Shown here: one piece after another, positions 62,186 through 64,000 of the stretch
How the letters are laid out: the number at the start of each line of letters is the position of its first letter
Numbering within the stretch: position 1 is the first letter of the stretch
NCBI GenBank assembly: GCA_951406725.2
Contig: OX597823.1
Location: forward strand, 99,820,001 to 99,884,000
Reading direction: 5' to 3'
Length of the DNA: 64,000 nucleotides
Source: Octopus vulgaris
Lineage: Eukaryota
Position numbers and translations under genes: made by a program
The notes under the pieces: generated by a model
Seen by the model: only the letters and a program-made list of their open reading frames with translations
What the model was told of the DNA's origin: nothing
The model's database searches: none

Positions 62186-63289
62186 CAATAATAATATTAT
62201 TTACAATAATAAATTTAAAACCATGGATTTTGTAGGGGATAATTTCTAAATTTTCTAGAAATAAATAGCAACAATTTTGTGTCAATGTTGGGCTTTAAAA
62301 TTGTTGCCATCATAATTGTTACCTTTAATTATTATTAAAAGAACCAATTTCTTTGTTTTAATTTCACATCAGTGCCACTGTTAATATCACAGTTCATCTT
62401 CCTCCAATCTCCAATGCCTAATTTTTCACTACCACCACATGCTTAAAATATTTTCCTAATTTAAATTGAGATTGTTTTTTTTTTAGTTCATGTTTTTATT
62501 AAATCACAATTTTTCATATCTCACTGCCTCTTTTTCTCTGTTTTTAGTTTTACTCATTTTCTTCAGACTGGAACCTGGACAAATCGTCCAACCCATGCCA
62601 GCATGGAAAATGAGTATTAAAGGATGATGATGATAAATATATATATATTAATAAGATAGATAGATAGATATTTAGGTAAGTAGATAGAATCCGAAAGTAG
62701 AGTAGTATAAACATTTTAAACAGTGAGACTGTGTATTAAAAAGTAAACTCGACTAGAATTATTATATCTGTAAAAAAAAGAGGTTGTGAATATTATGCTT
62801 AAGAAGTGTTAGAAATGAAAAATTGTTTTGAAAGAACGTAATTGTGAACATTTCGTGTAATCATCAAAATGTGTAGGATGAGAAGTTGTAAGGGACATAA
62901 CTACCGTATTTTATTTCCCACTTGGTTGTTTTCCACTCGTGAAGCGAAGAAAGAGTTCTCTTACCTTGGATCTTGTTCTCAGTTTCGTGGACGGTGATCA
63001 ATATTTGTGCCTAATTGCAAGATATCGATCGATGGGAAGATAATCTTTGTTTACGTCCTTTAAATATTGGTATATGTCTGTGCATTCTGGAAGGATTTTT
63101 TTTTCTTTAAAATATTTCAATACCAGCTGAGTGATAAAATCGGCAAGGCCATTAGCGTCAGACAAAATACTAGATAAGGGGCATAAGTTGTTCAGTTGCG
63201 ATATTTAGTCACATCCCTTCATAAATCAAGTTTAAATCATGTTCTGATTGAATTTACCTTTTTGGTAAAATAGCAATCAAATAAAGACA

Positions 63290-63652
63290 TAATCAAAATG
63301 AGCGGCCAATGTTGAATGTGTGATGTTAATGTGCACGAATGAAGGGAAGAGAAATGAGCTGAGAGAAAAACTGAATATAAGTGGAATCGGATGTGGTGTA
63401 TGAGAGAGGAGCTTGCAACAAGGGCTCAGATATTCAATGCATATGAAGGATGACAGTTGAATAAATATGGTCTAAGTAATCCGAATGGGAGGAACTTGCA
63501 GAAGAAGACAAGGGGAAATGGAAGAAGAAATAATGGAGGTTGAATCTCACAATGGGGATAACAAAGAACAGCAGCAAATGCCAGGACATTGCTGGGGAAG
63601 ACTCATTCAACCCATGCAAGCATGGAAAAACAACCATAAAATGATAATGATG
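63290..63652 (+). mobile_element. degenerate RTE LINE 3' end
   Basis: ELREKLNISGIGCGV-like peptide and CAACCCATGCAAGCATGGAAAA...(ATG)n tail. Confidence 0.7.
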
Positions 63653-64000
63653 TGTGTGTGGCCATAGAAAGTAGACATAGGAGCCTGATTCAGTCCACTG
63701 TTTGGAAGATGGATGTTAGATGAGGATGGCAGCGTTGGGAATAATGGTAAATAAAAAGACCAAAGAACTAATAATTAATTGAATAGAGACAATCCCAGCG
63801 TCACTAGAGGTTAAAGCCCTTTTTACTCACTACAACCTAGGGATTCACTCATTGCAAGCAATACACAAAAAAGTGTTATGGAATCTCTGTTGAAAGGCGA
63901 GTGAACCAGGATTTTAAATGTGACAGTTGCACCCAAGTTGTTCGTTGTTGGACATTTCTGAAATAAAGTCATTAGAAGCAGTGGTCAGATGCTGTTGCCT

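Noticed and set aside
63003-63036. Minus-strand peptide IDRYLAIRH resembling a GPCR DRY motif
   Set aside because: Preceding residues are polar (no TM3 helix) and a stop follows within three codons.

Overview
AT-rich, repeat-dense animal genomic DNA whose repeat content (huge (TA)n/(CA)n arrays, RTE- and CR1-type LINE fragments, tRNA-derived SINEs) strongly suggests an octopus/coleoid cephalopod; this is inferred from recognition, not from a search. The only convincing host coding sequence is one internal + strand exon (59691-59917) encoding the glutamine-rich N-terminal domain of a class IIa histone deacetylase (HDAC4/5/7/9-like), so most of the window is probably 5' intron/upstream DNA of that gene. 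A TE-poor island at ~34.6-36.3 kb holds two MEF2/TATA-like elements, each followed by a candidate short first coding exon in the right splice phase. The rest is mobile DNA: RTE and CR1-like LINE pieces, non-autonomous Helitrons, piggyBac derivatives, a mariner relic, Penelope-like remnants with hammerhead-ribozyme motifs, and a ~15 kb TA-microsatellite field with nested insertions. The most unusual items are (i) a 276-bp element combining a tRNA-type Pol III head, a Penelope-type hammerhead motif, an inverted tail and a 12-bp target duplication (candidate Penelope-mobilised SINE) and (ii) a 389-bp GC-rich rod-like fold-back sitting between two inverted Helitrons. Nearly all long ORFs in the track are microsatellite artefacts. 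SINE/LINE boundaries are approximate and were read by eye.
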